DNA from: Minutocellus sp. GHC0000111
Taxonomy: Eukaryota
Length of the DNA: 64,000 nt
NCBI GenBank assembly: GCA_977018835.1
Contig: OZ361258.1
Coordinates: 992,001 to 1,056,000 of the forward strand
Direction of reading: 5' to 3'
In this document: positions 1-12,100 of the stretch, piece after piece
Numbering within the stretch: the first letter of the stretch is position 1
Layout of the letters: every line of letters begins with the position of its first letter
Position numbers and translations under genes: made by a program
The notes under the pieces: model-generated
What the model was told of the DNA's origin: nothing
The model's database searches: none
Seen by the model: the letters and a program-made list of their open reading frames with translations, nothing else

Positions 1-572
1 GCCATGGCCGATGATACCAGCTCGGGGGTGAGGCTCTTGTAGGCCTCGTTGAGCTCGTCCATCCTCTTGGCCGCCTCCCGGTCCTTGATGGCTTCGAGTT
101 TGGTCACCTTGGCAAAGTCCTCGGCGGAATCCTGACCGCGGGCAATCTGATTGAGCAAATTTTGCGATTCATTGTCACCGTCGCTGCCATTGCCTGAAAA
201 GCGAGTGTCCAATTTGGGATTGGTGGAGAAATCGAACGTCTCCCACGACAGCTCGCCGTCGGTGGCCTCGCTGGGTTCGGCCGACACCTTGTCGAGCTTG
301 CGGGGATGGTTGACTGTATTTTTTTTCGACGACGACGAAGAAAAGAGGCGAGTGCTGGTGCTGCTCTGCATCTGACTCAGGTGCGAGCTCATCATGGAGG
401 AGGAGGAAGCAGGCATGAAAGCCGCCGCGACGCAGTGACCTCCTCCTCGTCTGATCGCCGCACAAGCATGTAGGGTTGCCATGGTGAATGTGAATGTCTT
501 TGCGTGCATCTGCGATATGAATGGCGGCTGTTGGTGCTGGGAGCGGCGGAGGCGGTTGCTGCTCGTCGTCAT
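1..572 (-). CDS. 5' part of a gene running off the window; probable organelle-targeted protein (possibly SpoU/TrmH-like RNA methyltransferase, weak)
   Basis: Own translation from ATG 572, open to base 1: MTTSSNRLRR...CVAAAFMPASSSSMMSS...TSTRLFSSSSS...LSWETFDFSTNPKLDTRF...DREAAKRMDELNEAYKSLTPELVSSAM. The AAAF-MP motif plus Ser/Thr-rich tract resembles an ASAFAP-type leader. Absent from the ORF track because no stop lies in the window. Confidence 0.6.
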   Translation of the reverse strand, partial: MTTSSNRLRRSQHQQPPFISQMHAKTFTFTMATLHACAAIRRGGGHCVAAAFMPASSSSMMSSHLSQMQSSTSTRLFSSSSSKKNTVNHPRKLDKVSAEPSEATDGELSWETFDFSTNPKLDTRFSGNGSDGDNESQNLLNQIARGQDSAEDFAKVTKLEAIKDREAAKRMDELNEAYKSLTPELVSSAM

Positions 573-3334
573 CTTGCTTGGGGGCTGGAGACACTCTCAC
601 GGAGGTGGAGGAGGTGGACATCACCACCATCATCATCATGGTCATGGACACCACGGCCACGGGCAGCGTCACAAGGCCCACCCCTCCGAACGCTACGTCG
701 ACGGGCCGTTGCTGTGCGAGTACCTGTGGAACGAGGAGGTCAAGGGAAGTGACAATAAGGACCACGGCAAGGAGGACAATACGGAGGAGAAGAAGGTAGA
801 TGATGCCGCCGAAGACGGTGATGATGACGACAAGAAGGAACATGACGATGGTGGTGATGACAAGCCCAAGGATGAGAATGAGGATTCTGCCAATGCCAAT
901 AATAGTGCCGACGAGGCCAAGAAGGAGAACGACGCTGAAAACGACAATGGCGGCACCGACGAGGACGAAGCGGCAACCATCACCACCACCACCTACTCCA
1001 ACTACGTCTCCACGTACTGCCTGTCGTACGTGCGCACCTTCTTCAACGACCATCTCGACGATGCCTGGTTCCGCAATCGGTACTCACCCCTCGAACGGCG
1101 GAGGGTGGCGCAGACCGAGCGCGATCGCAAGGCGTACGAGGCCAGGATCATGATTGCCGGTGCCACGGAAAGTCTGGAGAAGCAGAATTCCGCTACCATC
1201 ACCAAGAAGGAGGAGGAAGGCGATGCTGATGGGGGTGGGGGTGGTAGTGAGGAGGACAAGCCCTGTGACTTTGTCCTTGCCGCACGTCTTTCGGGTGGGA
1301 AAAAGCCCGGTGCGGGTGGTACCGCCGGTGCCGGTGGCGGCAGCGCTGAGGGCGTTGGGATGGACGCTGCTCTTCCCTCCTCTCGCGGCGGCGATGCAGG
1401 TGGTACCCGCGACAAGAAGAGGGGTGGCAGCACTGCTGCTGCTCCCTCGGATGTCCCCCAGACCCATGTCCATGCCTCGGTATCGTCCAACCGCACCCTT
1501 CGCGTCCTCGACGTGCCGTGTCACGTCACCGACAAGCAGCTGTCAGATGCCCTGGCCGATCATGTCGATCTGCCCGCCGCCAGCGGCAAGGGCAGCAACG
1601 GCGGCATCGTTGCGGTCTATTCCACCACGGTCGGAGGTGATTCGCACGGTTCTGCCTCGGGCGTTGGCACACATGATCATTGGAAGCGCCGCGATGGTGG
1701 TTCAGGAGGTGGCGGCTTTCTGGATCGCAGTTGCTTTGTTGTCATGGAGAGTGTGGAGGCGAGGGTAAGTGAACTGTTGTTTCGTTTTATTCATTTATTT
1801 GTGGCACCTGTTATTTGGCTGTCAATGGCTAAACCTTGTTGCATTCATTACTTGTTCTCTTGTTCGTGTGCCGCAGGAAAATCTCCTTGAGAATCTAACC
1901 AAGGCCAACGAGGATTCTCACCGTCGCCGCCACCGAGGAGACAAGGACAAGGGCAAAGGGCCGGCTGCATTCCTAGAGCTCGACGTCGACTGCACGGATC
2001 CCTACGGACGGTATGATATCGACGCAGATGGCAAGGGAAGTGGCCCCGCCAATGCCGATGAATTTGGCCCAGATGATGAGGACAATCCTGGCAAGTTGCC
2101 GATCCGCCGGGCCACGGTGTTCGTTGCGACTGCATCTCCGTTCTCCGAGCAGCCCACTTCCGTCCTAAGCGCTGCTGTGTCAAGCTCGGCCCGTATTGGC
2201 AGGGACGGTGCTCAGGCCATCACTATTTCCAGAGCTTTGGATGTTGCTGCCGCTATCCCCCGAGGTACGAGGCTCGATGATCTGCTTGAGCTCCTCTTTC
2301 CTGCTGGAACCGGGGCACTGGAGAGCGCCTCCTCCAGCCCCGATCGCTGCCAGGAAGCCGAGGATATCCTCGACGTTACCATTGCCTACCTTCGCCGTGT
2401 CCACCTTTTCTCCTTCTACAATGGATGCACGTCAGCCGATAATCTTGGCGATGTGCTTGGTGGGAAGCATCCCTCCGGGACTATCCACCTTCGACTTTCT
2501 GGGGCAGACGAAATTCTGAAGAAAGCCGAGGAGGAGGCCGAGGCACCTTTCGATGAAGAAAAGCCCGAGTCTGATCCTGCGGGGGGCACTGCCGAGGACG
2601 GTGGTGCCTCAGTGACAAAGGATCTCTTGGTGAGACGGCTCGATGAAAGCATATCCAAAGCGTTGGAGGAGATGACGTCCAGCGTCATCGCGGCTTCCTC
2701 GGATGATTGTCCCGTCGACGACAAAACGAATGCTCTCGCCAAGGAGATTGAAGCTGCCGAGGAGGCTGTGACTCCTACCTGGATCAACGACCACGCCCTC
2801 GTCGACGAAGATGGCAGAGCTCGTTGCTCTTTCCACTTTTGCCGCAAGCTGTTCAAGGATCGCAAATTCCTCGAGAAGCATCTCGTGAAGAAGCACTCCG
2901 AGCACCTACGCGCTGAGAAGGCCAAGTGCCACGATGGCCACATGATGAAAGCGTGGGATGCCGAAGAAGTTCGGCCGGTACCTCCCGTCCTAGTCGACTG
3001 TGGATCGCGTTTCGGTATGGTCCCAAGCAATGTCGTCGGGGCTGAACCCGTCGCGGAAGACCCTGAGCCCGGCCTCTGGGCAAAGGAAGAGGAACGACGT
3101 GCAAAGATCGAGGAGGAGCAGAGACAACGCCGAGAGAGAAGGGCAGCTGCCGCTGAAGCGGATGGTGAGATGGACAATGGTCTTGGTGCAGGCTCCAAGC
3201 GTCCTCGAGGAGCTAGCGGCAACTTCGTCGACGTTGATGACATGCAAGATGAGAAGGTGGAGTTGTCCTTCGAGGCCGTCGAGGTTCCAGTCCCTCAACC
3301 CAAGAAGAAAAAGAAGAAGAGGAAGCTGCTGTAA
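481..3334 (+). CDS. SRRT: SERRATE/Ars2 (SRRT) homolog; 2 exons, intron 1765-1876; true 5' end uncertain
   Basis: Motifs YVRTFFNDHLDDAWFRNRYSP, LDVTIAYLRRVHLFSFY and C2H2 finger CSFHFCRKLFKDRKFLEKHLVKKH; basic C-terminal NLS. GTAAGT at 1765 and CAG at 1876 join the two ORFs in frame (EAR|ENLL). Confidence 0.85.
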
Positions 3335-3563
3335 TGGGCTTGTATAGCCATTACCGCCCTTTGTTCATGTTCCGGGAAATATTCATTTGTTCTGTGCCTT
3401 TAAGTCTTTTGCATTCCGTCTAGCAGCTACCATTGCACAGTTGCTCGCCGTACCAGGTACATCCGTTAGTAATCTAAGCATAACATACTGTTGAAGATCA
3501 TATCATACATGTATGTGTAGCTTTCTTGTTTTATGTAGCTGCTTACCCGTGTGTCTATCTTGT

Positions 3564-6217
3564 TTAATCAACCTCCTCTACCTCGGGCCCGCCCCCATCA
3601 ACATCTTCACCCTCCCAACCATCTTCCGGAGGGCCATCGTCACCCGCTCCACCAGCGGATCCCTCGTAAGCCTTCTTCATGATGGGGTTGACAACGCCCT
3701 CGACCTCCTTTTGCTTTTCGTCGTACTCCTCCTTCTCGGCGGCAGGCGAATCCTCCATCCAGGTGAGCGCCTCGTCGATTGTCTTCAGTACGCTCTCCTT
3801 GTCATCTTCATCGACATTGGCCATGTCGCTGATGGAATTCTTTGCATTGTACAAATAGCTCTCGAGTCCATTCCGTGCTTCGATCTTTTCCTTCTCCTTG
3901 GCGTCCTGGTCGGCGAATTCTTCTGCCTCGGCGACCATTCGCTCAATCTCCTCCTCGGAGAGACGTCCCTTCTCACTAGTGATGGTAAGCGACTCCGTCT
4001 TGCCGGAAGCCTGGTCGGATGCAGAAATGCTGAGAATACCGTTGGCATCTACATCAAACGAAACCTCAATCTTGGGGACACCACGAGGAGCGGGCGGAAT
4101 GCCACCGAGCTCGAACTGACCGAGGAGACGGTTCGACTTGGTCATGGATCGCTCGCCCTCAAAGACCTGGATGTTAACTCCAGGCTGATTGTCAGCGTAG
4201 GTAGAGAACACCTGGCTCTTCTTGACGGGGATGGTGGTGCCTCGCTTGATGATGGGCGTCATGACTCCACCAGCAGTCTCGATACCCAACGAGAGCGGGG
4301 CGACGTCCAGAAGGAGCACATCCTTGGTGGCCTCCGATGCATCACCGGAGAGGATACCACCCTGAACGGCGGCACCATACGCCACAGCTTCATCTGGGTT
4401 GATTTCCTGGTTGAGCTTCTTTCCTCCAAAGTATTCGCTGAGCATCTGCTGGACCTTGGGAATGCGAGTGGAACCACCGACGAGGATGATTTCATCAACA
4501 TCGTCCTTGCTCAAGCCAGCATCCTTGAGTACCTGGGTAACAGGCGTCATTGTCTTCTTCAGGAGATCAATGTTGAGCTCTTCGAATTTAGCGCGGCTAA
4601 TGGTGGCGGAAAAGTCCTCGCCGTTGGCAAGAGCCTCGCAGTCAATCATGGCCGAGGTTTGCGTGGAAAGAGTTCGCTTGGCCTGCTCGCACTGCTTTCG
4701 GAGTCTCTGCAGAGCTCGGTTGTCCTTGGAAATGTCAATACCAGACTTGCGCTTGAACTGCGAGATGAAATAGTCCATCATTCGTTGATCAAAGTCTTCT
4801 CCGCCCAAATGAGTGTTTCCACTTGTGGCAAGTACCTCAAATACGCCTGTGGGTAGTATGGATGGAGGAGCAAGTAAATTGTGTGAGAATAACAGATAAA
4901 TATCAGAGCTCATGTATGTTTGCATCTGCTTCAATTGATTGCCACATAACAAAACCAAAATCCAGACGCCATCTGGACTCACCATTGTCGATAGAAAGCA
5001 GCGTCACGTCGAATGTACCGCCGCCAAGATCGAATACCAAAATGGTCTCCTCACGATCCTGCTTATCCAGTCCATACGCAATGGCAGCCGCCGTCGGTTC
5101 GTTGATGACACGTTCAACGGTCAACCCAGCAATGGTTCCTGCATCCTTGGTCGCCTGTCGCTGCGCATCATTGAAGTAAGCCGGCACGGTCACCACGGCC
5201 CTCTTCACTTCCGTGCCGATAAACTTCTCGGCAGTCTCCTTCATCTTGCGCAGGATCATGCCAGATATCTCCTCGGGAGCAAACTTCTTGTCGGATCCCT
5301 TGCCATCGACGTCGGTAATTTTCACGGTGGGTTTGCTCTTGGCATCGGCCACCACGTCAAAGGGAAACAACGTCTTGTCCTTCTGGACTGTGGGATCCGA
5401 AAACTTTCGCCCGATCAATCTCTTGACATCAAACACCGTCCGGGTTGGGTTCTGACTGGCCTGATTCTTGGCCGCATCTCCAATGAGCCGCACACCGTCC
5501 TTCTGGAAGGCCACGTACGAGGGGGTGATGCGATTTCCCTGCTCGTTGGGACAGACCTCCACCCGACCGTTGCGCCAAACCGCCACGCACGAGTAGGTGG
5601 TTCCCAAATCGATGCCAATGCAGGGCCCATCGTCGGCACCACCACGGAGGCTGCAGAGCGCTGCCAAACTGGAGGTTGATGGTTTGCTGTCGGTCGCCTC
5701 TGAATTGATAGCTTTGGTATTGAGAAGCGGACTGTTGCGTCGGAATGTAACAGGTCTTTTGCTACCGAACCTGGATGTGTTGCGAAGTGAGGTGGGATTG
5801 GGTAAGTAAATAGGTGAGAATGAGTGATTGTAAGTACATATATCAATTCAATATCGATTTGAATTGAATTGGTGCGTTGCAATTAGCCACATGCGACATG
5901 CGACCGAGCAAAAAGGAGCACATCTTGAGCTGCCTTTGCTGGTTTCGGCAAGCTACCAATCAAATCGTACCAAACTTTGGGAAAGTTCTCGAACAGTGAC
6001 GCGAACATAACTTGACTTACACTCCCGGTCGGATCGGTGAGGTGGAGGCCTCGACGAGAATGGACGGGCCAGTGCTGGAGGAGGTAGCCGCCGACAGGAC
6101 GGTCGTGGCGGCGAGCGCTACGGCTGCCGCCCTGGGAAGGATACCGCTAGCACCAGTGGACCGGCGATGCCGCCCTTGCTGCTGTTCCCGCGAGACAGAG
6201 CATTCGACTGCCGTCAT
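3564..6217 (-). CDS. HSP70: Hsp70 (BiP-like core, C-terminal EEVD) with bipartite N-terminal leader; exons 6217-6021, 5770-4983, 4846-3564
   Basis: Motifs [55 protein letters not shown]; ends EVEEVD. Introns 5771-6020 and 4847-4982 are both GT-AG and phase-consistent. Confidence 0.93.
5980..5994. promoter_or_regulatory. Canonical 3-unit heat shock element in Hsp70 intron 1
   Basis: gGAAagTTCtcGAAc matches nGAAnnTTCnnGAAn exactly. Confidence 0.55.
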
Positions 6218-6278
6218 CTTTGATTTGTGGTTAGAATTATGATGGTTGATGGTTGATGGTTGGACTCTGCGATCTTCC

Positions 6279-6322
6279 CCTCATCCACCTCCACGTTGAA
6301 CCTCATCCACCTCCACGTTGAA
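6279..6322. repeat. Perfect 22-bp tandem duplication upstream of Hsp70
   Basis: CCTCATCCACCTCCACGTTGAA x2; preceded by (GATGGTT)3 at 6241-6261. Confidence 0.9.
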
Positions 6323-6536
6323 CACGGCTTCTATCTTGCGAACCCTTGTGGCGACGGACGGACCATCGAACAGCGAACCCCAAACGCACGCGCGGCCCGA
6401 GCGAACTACATCTCGCTCGAAACAGAACCGAAGGATACAATCCAAATTATCGAATCTCCGACAAAACATCGCGCGCGACCATGCTACCAACTCGCGTACT
6501 GATCAATGCATCTACAAGAATCGGCAGACTTGCGCA

Positions 6537-7217
6537 ATGACCGCCGCCCATCGCTCGCCCAGCATCATCAGAGGAGCAAGTACAACTTGCATCTGCCGCA
6601 TAGCATCAATCCGAACCCTTGACAACTTTCCATCAATATCCACAACGACGAAACGAAAGTACACTCCAAGCCGATTTCAGCGCCTATCTGATAGCGACAC
6701 TGCAAAAAGTGCCGAACCAACTCGTCTGTACAAGGTAATGTCGCCAAATCAGCATACCGGTCAGTCCTACGAATCATCTGGGGCCAGCCCAACAGAAGCA
6801 GTCCATCACGGTGCTGACACCACTGACACAATAATTTCCACCCCATCCTCCGAATACGAAGACTACGACCTGGACAATCTGGAGATGCCCATATCGGCCA
6901 CGACATCCATGGATTACGAGGATAACAGTGGATGCGATTCGCTGGACATGGACGACGTCATGTCGGTACGAGAGACACGAAGAGTTTGGGATGCGGATCA
7001 CAACGACGACGCGGTTGCTGAAATTGATGATGATGATGATGGTGGTGGTGGTGCAGAATGGTACTCGGATGGGATCGAGGGAGAAGTCAGTGGTAGTGGA
7101 GGATTTGTGGAGATGGAAGAGGATTGGGAGATATTGCACGAACAGGTGAACGCCGACGAAGGAGGGAGTGCTGACGCACAGGCCGAGGAGGACGGCGACG
7201 TCGTCATTGATTGGTGA
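6537..7217 (+). CDS. Hypothetical protein with acidic low-complexity C-terminus
   Basis: First ATG of the 6318-7217 ORF; D/E-rich tail; no family recognised. Confidence 0.4.
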   Translation: MTAAHRSPSIIRGASTTCICRIASIRTLDNFPSISTTTKRKYTPSRFQRLSDSDTAKSAEPTRLYKVMSPNQHTGQSYESSGASPTEAVHHGADTTDTIISTPSSEYEDYDLDNLEMPISATTSMDYEDNSGCDSLDMDDVMSVRETRRVWDADHNDDAVAEIDDDDDGGGGAEWYSDGIEGEVSGSGGFVEMEEDWEILHEQVNADEGGSADAQAEEDGDVVIDW

Positions 7218-7516
7218 AGCTGCAATACTCTAAGAGCTGGTCATTTACTGTAGATCCGGCCTTAGAAACAGAAAGATTTGTTGTGAAAGAGGAGGTGCGA
7301 AGATGGGGGCGATGGGATGGAGTTGATTGATGTAGGCAGATCAGCTGAGCTGACTTTGAGGTAGATCGACATCCGTTGACCAACACCGTGTTGCCTTCCA
7401 CGATTCTTCGCATCGTTGCTCACTGGTACGTAGTTCACCTGTGATCCTTTGGCGTCGCGTTTTTACATTGATGTAGCTAGTTGAAGTCTAAACCCAGTAT
7501 AGCTAGAAATCAAAAC

Positions 7517-9075
7517 ATGGCCCGCAATCCTTTAATTTTGCTCATATGTTGGGTTCTTTTTGCAGCTCAAGCCCACATCGGCGAGGCCCTGCAGTCACAA
7601 TTCCATCTGGCTTCTTTGGGCTTTCGTTCCTCGTCTCGTTCCGTGCCGCGGACCCAACCAGTCAACAGCCGAAGTTATACCGCATTAGACACGAGCCTGC
7701 GTCAGCACAATGGACAATCTACTAGAAGAAGCAAAACGAACACCATCCCGCCGTTTGAGGGTCGCCTTCTGCCACTTCAAAAGAAAATTAAAACCATTAC
7801 TTCCGAGCTCGATCCTCCGATTCCGGCCCTTCAAGACAAAGGCATTCGCTTTGAAGATCGGTTGAATGTGAGGTTCATCGTCGGTGAAATGCTATATGGT
7901 GCATGGTACCAGTGCAGACTCCTGCCCTTACACATATTTGGAGCAATGACTACAAACGCAATCCAGGCTATCTTTGCGCTGTCGACCACCGGAAGTGCGA
8001 TTGTCCCCCTCGTCACCCCGTCAAAAGCCGAGGTGACGCTTTTGGCGTGTCCTTTCATTTCATTAGTCAAAAGATACAGAATGCGATAGCGGGTCCGATT
8101 TCAGCAGCGTCGAAAGGGGCGCTATCGATGCTGGCAATACCTTCTGACCCTACTTCGTTCCAACAACGAATAGTAGATCCTATTCTTGTCGCACCAATCT
8201 CAGAAGAAATTGCCTTTCGGGAAATTTGTCAAAAGCTCGCGCAAACAATCTTCTTTATTAGGCTTCACGTCCGCGCAATGATTGCTCGCCACCTTAGCAT
8301 TCGGTTTGTTATTGCCAGTGAGGTAGCAGCTTACCTAACATGCATTTTTCATACATGGGCAGGGATTGCGAATAAACGACCAAGTATTGGGGGCGTCTGG
8401 TTTGAGCACCTCTTTCCAATCGTTGAGATATCTCTACTTCTCCCCCCACTCGTATCAATAATAGACTTTCTTAGACGCAAAGAATCCTCCAAGAATTGGA
8501 AAAATGAAAGGGTAAGGCCTTGTAGTCTGATCGAAGCGTATGATTGGAATGAAGAGGACATGTATGGACAACCTAGCTCTCGACTTCGAATTGCTTGAAC
8601 GGTAGACAAGTATCGGCGCAGCAAAGATGAAAGGCATTTCCTGTATTACAACTATCAAAGCGTCGCGGATAACTCTGCAAAGAGATATTCTCGTTGGGTT
8701 GGCGCGTCGCTTTTTGCTTCCGCACATGCATTAGGAGGGACGTACTGCCACAATAAGCTTCTTGGTACACTCGCGTCGTCCTTGCTAGTAGAGAGCCGGC
8801 TCTACGCAAATCGCGGCATTGTTGCATCTATCGGAGCGCATATGATGTATAACTTTCTTGTTTTCTTGGTGCCCATGGGATCACTCCCGAACAAGGCGCT
8901 TTACGAAAACCCAAAGATATGGCCACTCACAATTGTGGCGTATCCCTTCTACTGTATGGCTACCCTGATAATTGGCAATGGTATCAGGTGGGCGGAAGGG
9001 AGAGTCAGGGGCTACAACGTAGATACGGAGTCTGTGTATGTCGAGCGAGAGCCAGGCACCTCAAATAAGTCTTAA
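7517..9075 (+). pseudogene. CPBP/Rce1-Abi (type II CAAX protease) family gene, apparently disrupted
   Basis: Signal-peptide-like start. Motifs APISEEIAFR, LFASAH and GAHMMYN lie in one frame, interrupted by in-frame TGA at 8596-8598. There is also a frame change near 8050-8090 relative to the N-terminal ORF. Unrecognised introns cannot be excluded. Confidence 0.6.
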
Positions 9076-9191
9076 ATGCTACGTGCGCCATCTTGTTGGT
9101 AGCATGTCTTCTCTGCGTCAAAATAACAAATCAAATTGTATAGAAATTATTTCTAATTGATAGTTTGATCTACAACGGTATTATGATCTTA

Positions 9192-12100
9192 CTACCTGCC
9201 CAACAGAATCTTAAAGTCGTCTAGGGTCGGCTTGCTGCCGGAAGAAGCATCAGAGCCATCGGTATTGGCGTCAAGAATGTTGTTGGCCATACTCTTCTTC
9301 GTTTGTTGAAGCCGTACAATCTTCTCCTCAACGCTATCGGTGACGACAAATTTTCTGACACGGACGATGGGGGCTTTTTGGCCAATGCGATGAATTCGAT
9401 TGATGCATTGATCCTCGGTCGCGAAATTCCACCACGGATCAAGGATGAAGACACTTGAAGCCGCTACAAGATTAATGCCGACGCCTCCGGCCTTCATCGA
9501 GGCAAGAAAAACCGACCCTCGAACGATTTCCTCCTCTTGGGTATCGCCAGTACAGCGTGTTGAAGTACTCTTGGCTTTATTGAATCGATCGAGAGCTTCG
9601 ACACGTTCCTTTAAACTCATTTGTCCATCAAGGCGAAAGACCGGGATGCCCTCTTTGCGCAGAGAGATTCCGAGGATGTCCAGAAAGCCAAGGTACTGAG
9701 AAAATATCAACACCTTTGAGCCCTTGTCAAGCCTCCAGATCGCATCCAATTCTCGCTTCACGGCCACAAGCTTGGAGCTTTCTCCACCACTTAGCGAAGC
9801 GAGTAACGTCTCGCGAGCAGACATTGCTGTGGGATCCATATTCATATTCAGAGACTCAGCACCCTCGGGCATCGGGATGTCGCCAACGAATTGAGAAGTG
9901 ACATCGCCTGTTTCCTCAGATTTGGAGAACGAAACTATACGAGATGCCTCTACATGGGCACTACAAACGGGACAAGGTCCATCTTTCAGACTCAACGCAT
10001 TTTGGCATTGAGGTGTGGAAGTTTCCCCTCGCTTACTGGTATTTGCACTCTGCTTCAGGACTGGCCGAAGGCAGTCTAAGCACATCGTGTGGGCACAGGG
10101 GGTAAGGACAGCCGACGATATATCTGGACAATCGAGACACAACGGGCATTCTTCTTTGATTTTGCCACCATCATCAACAGACTCGGTAAGAGACTGCACT
10201 ACTTGGGAAATAAAGGCCGAGCTTGGTTCACCGGTCTCAGTAGCCTTACCTGACGATTTCGAGGGAGAGGAAGGGGCTGGCTGTTGGTTTCCGTTGGATT
10301 TGTCCGTCTGCTTTGCAAACATTTGCAGCAGATTCGAGAGGAACTTTTTGTTTATGGCAGTATCGTCCGAGGTAGAGTCTTCTTGATCATCTGAAGTTTC
10401 TGAGGCCGAAGCTGCCGATCCCGAATCTGTAAATCTCGGCTTGACAGTGAGAGCCACGTGATCGCATGATTGCCGAAGCCGTTGGAGGAGGCTAAAGATA
10501 GCAAGCCAAGATTTCGACGCAGTGCCGGCCTTCAGGAGGCCTTCAAACACATGCTGCGACTTGTCGAGGAGGGCAGTGTAGAACTCACGCTCTGGCTCGG
10601 TGAGATGAACAGAAACGACGCTAGAATCGATTGGAGGCAGCGTCAGGATGGGCTTGCCGTCGGCTCCGATCGTCTCTTTGGTTCGCCGAAGTATGAATGG
10701 GTGCAAAATGCGACGGACGCGGTCCATGGCGAGCGACATACCATGTTGTTCGGACGTAGATACAGCTATGCCAGGGCCTGTGCCGTCGGAAGTAGGCTCG
10801 GTTGTTGTGATGGCTGTCTTCCAGAAGGCATTATTACACCAGGGCTCGTGTCTGAGGAACTTCATCAAACCAAATACATCCTGAAGAGAATTCTGTATGG
10901 GCGTGCCCGTTACTGCCCACCTCTTCGCTGCGATGATAGAATAGCAGCTCTTGGACACGGCGGTGCTCGGATTCTTGATTTGGTGAGCCTCATCGACAAT
11001 CACGCGCTCCCATTGATGAGAAAGGAGCGTCGTTGGCTTGACTCCCTTTGGCGATGACGAGGTAGATTGAAGGTATTCTGTCTGTAGCGTCCCATAAGTG
11101 GTCAGAACAACATCAACTCCACGAAAAGACCTAGAAGTCGCATTGCCTCTAGTGTTGCCGTAGTACACAAGACAAGATAAATCAGTTTTGGTCGATATTT
11201 CTTCCTCCCATTGAAGGACGAGAGATAGCGGGGCTACGACAAGCGTTGTATGAACCCCAGAATCAGCACTTCTCGCCTCAAGGGATGTTGTCTTTCGTCG
11301 GCTGTCGGAGGTCGGTTTGTAATCCTCGTCGTCTGCATCATCATTATCGCTCTCGTCGTCAGATGAAATAATGTCGATAGTCTCAATGGGCCCGTCGCTC
11401 TGTTCATCCCGAGAGGTATCGGTTGGTTTACGCTTGATAGTTTGTTCAGTAGACGGCGCTATTCCAATTCTCTTTTCTTTCGACTTCATGATGAGACTCA
11501 AGAGCATTACGGTCTTGCCCAGACCCTATAAACACAATGCAAAATTAGTGAATAGAAAGCGATTAGAGGATAGAGCATGTAAGCAAAGAAAGTATAATAA
11601 TGAAACGAGACATAGCTGAACGAAACTGTACATAGGCCACTTGTATCACTCACCATACTATCGGCCAATATGCCACCAATACACTGCCGAGGAGGATTTG
11701 GTGGTCGAGAGGTCGCAACGCCAAGCACTTCGTTGACATAAAAACATACCGCAGAATTGAAGCCGTCGGTAGTCAGGAAGCGGCGTTGCCATAATGGATG
11801 CATCACAGGGTCAATATCCCCGTGGATCGTTACGGACTTGCTTGCCATTTCTTCTGAAACCAAGACGGGACCACAGTCACAAGTGATACCTTTGGATCCT
11901 CCCAACTTGGGCGATGGTGCCAAGCCTCCTGCCGCGGCAGCCGTGCCCGAAGTTGAAGCTAGCTCAGCTAGCAATTCCATTTCCTTTGTCAGATCATTTC
12001 GATCCGGCGAATCATCTTCTCTACGAAGCATCCAGTGCAGTGCCTGTCGCTGGTATGGGCGAAGAGTAATATCTGACCGAAGTCCCTCCGGATCACTCTC

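Noticed and set aside
619..660. Poly-His tract as vector His-tag contamination
   Set aside because: Mixed codons within native Gly/His low-complexity sequence; no vector elements.
3513..5679. Long antisense ORFs over Hsp70 (447 aa, 246 aa) and similar shadow ORFs over other genes
   Set aside because: Well-known consequence of codon bias in GC3-rich genes; no independent motifs.
8596..8598. In-frame TGA as selenocysteine or readthrough
   Set aside because: Not at a catalytic Cys position, no SECIS recognised, and the gene has a second disruption; CGA->TGA or an intron is simpler.
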